NCBI GenBank assembly: GCA_030390025.1
Contig: CM059431.1
Coordinates: forward strand, 107,882,001 to 107,946,000
Source: Squalus acanthias
Lineage: Eukaryota
DNA length: 64,000 nt
Reading direction: 5' to 3'
Positions within the stretch are counted from its first letter, which is position 1. Each line of letters begins with the position of its first letter. A program made the translations under genes and the position numbers. The notes under the pieces are model-generated. The model was not told the origin of the DNA. It did no database searches and saw only the letters and a list, made by a program, of their open reading frames with translations. Shown here piece by piece: positions 63,820 through 64,000 of this stretch.

Positions 63820-64000
63820 GAACTCACCAAGGCTTCTTCAACAGCACCTAAAAAACCCACAACCTCTACCACCTAGAAGGACAAAGGCAACAGATACATG
63901 GGAACACCACCACCTCTAAGTCCCCCTCCAAGTTACACACCATCCTGACTTGACATATATCGGCCGTTCCTTCATCATCGCTGGATCAAAATCCTGGAAC
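63820..64000 (+). mobile_element. Fragment of the same LINE family as 18286-19178
   Basis: Matches 18855-19022. Confidence 0.85.

Overview
Eukaryotic, repeat-dominated DNA, most likely from a shark or other cartilaginous fish. This is inferred from recognising SacSINE1/DeuSINE-like SINEs, esterase-ORF1 CR1 LINEs and Penelope termini; no search was run. No confident host gene, RNA gene or CRISPR array is present. The centrepiece (19.3-29.6 kb) is a three-layer nest. An old internally deleted PIF/Harbinger element contains a full-length CR1 LINE, which in turn contains a 4.15-kb Harbinger. That inner element has a broken DDE transposase and a convergent three-exon Myb/SANT-like gene that splices into one open frame. 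Two ~890-bp non-autonomous relatives sit in CR1 3' microsatellite tails in the same relative orientation, and all three insertion sites fit AYTC-TWW-G, suggesting a Harbinger family that targets CR1 tails. Also present: a 1.72-kb solo LTR with a 4-bp target-site duplication (TSD), several other MITE families, hammerhead-ribozyme motifs in Penelope ends, a CR1 subfamily with a doubled 3' stem-loop, an unclassified 1.46-kb insertion with a 9-bp TSD, local duplications and one candidate host exon. Boundaries of degraded repeats are approximate.
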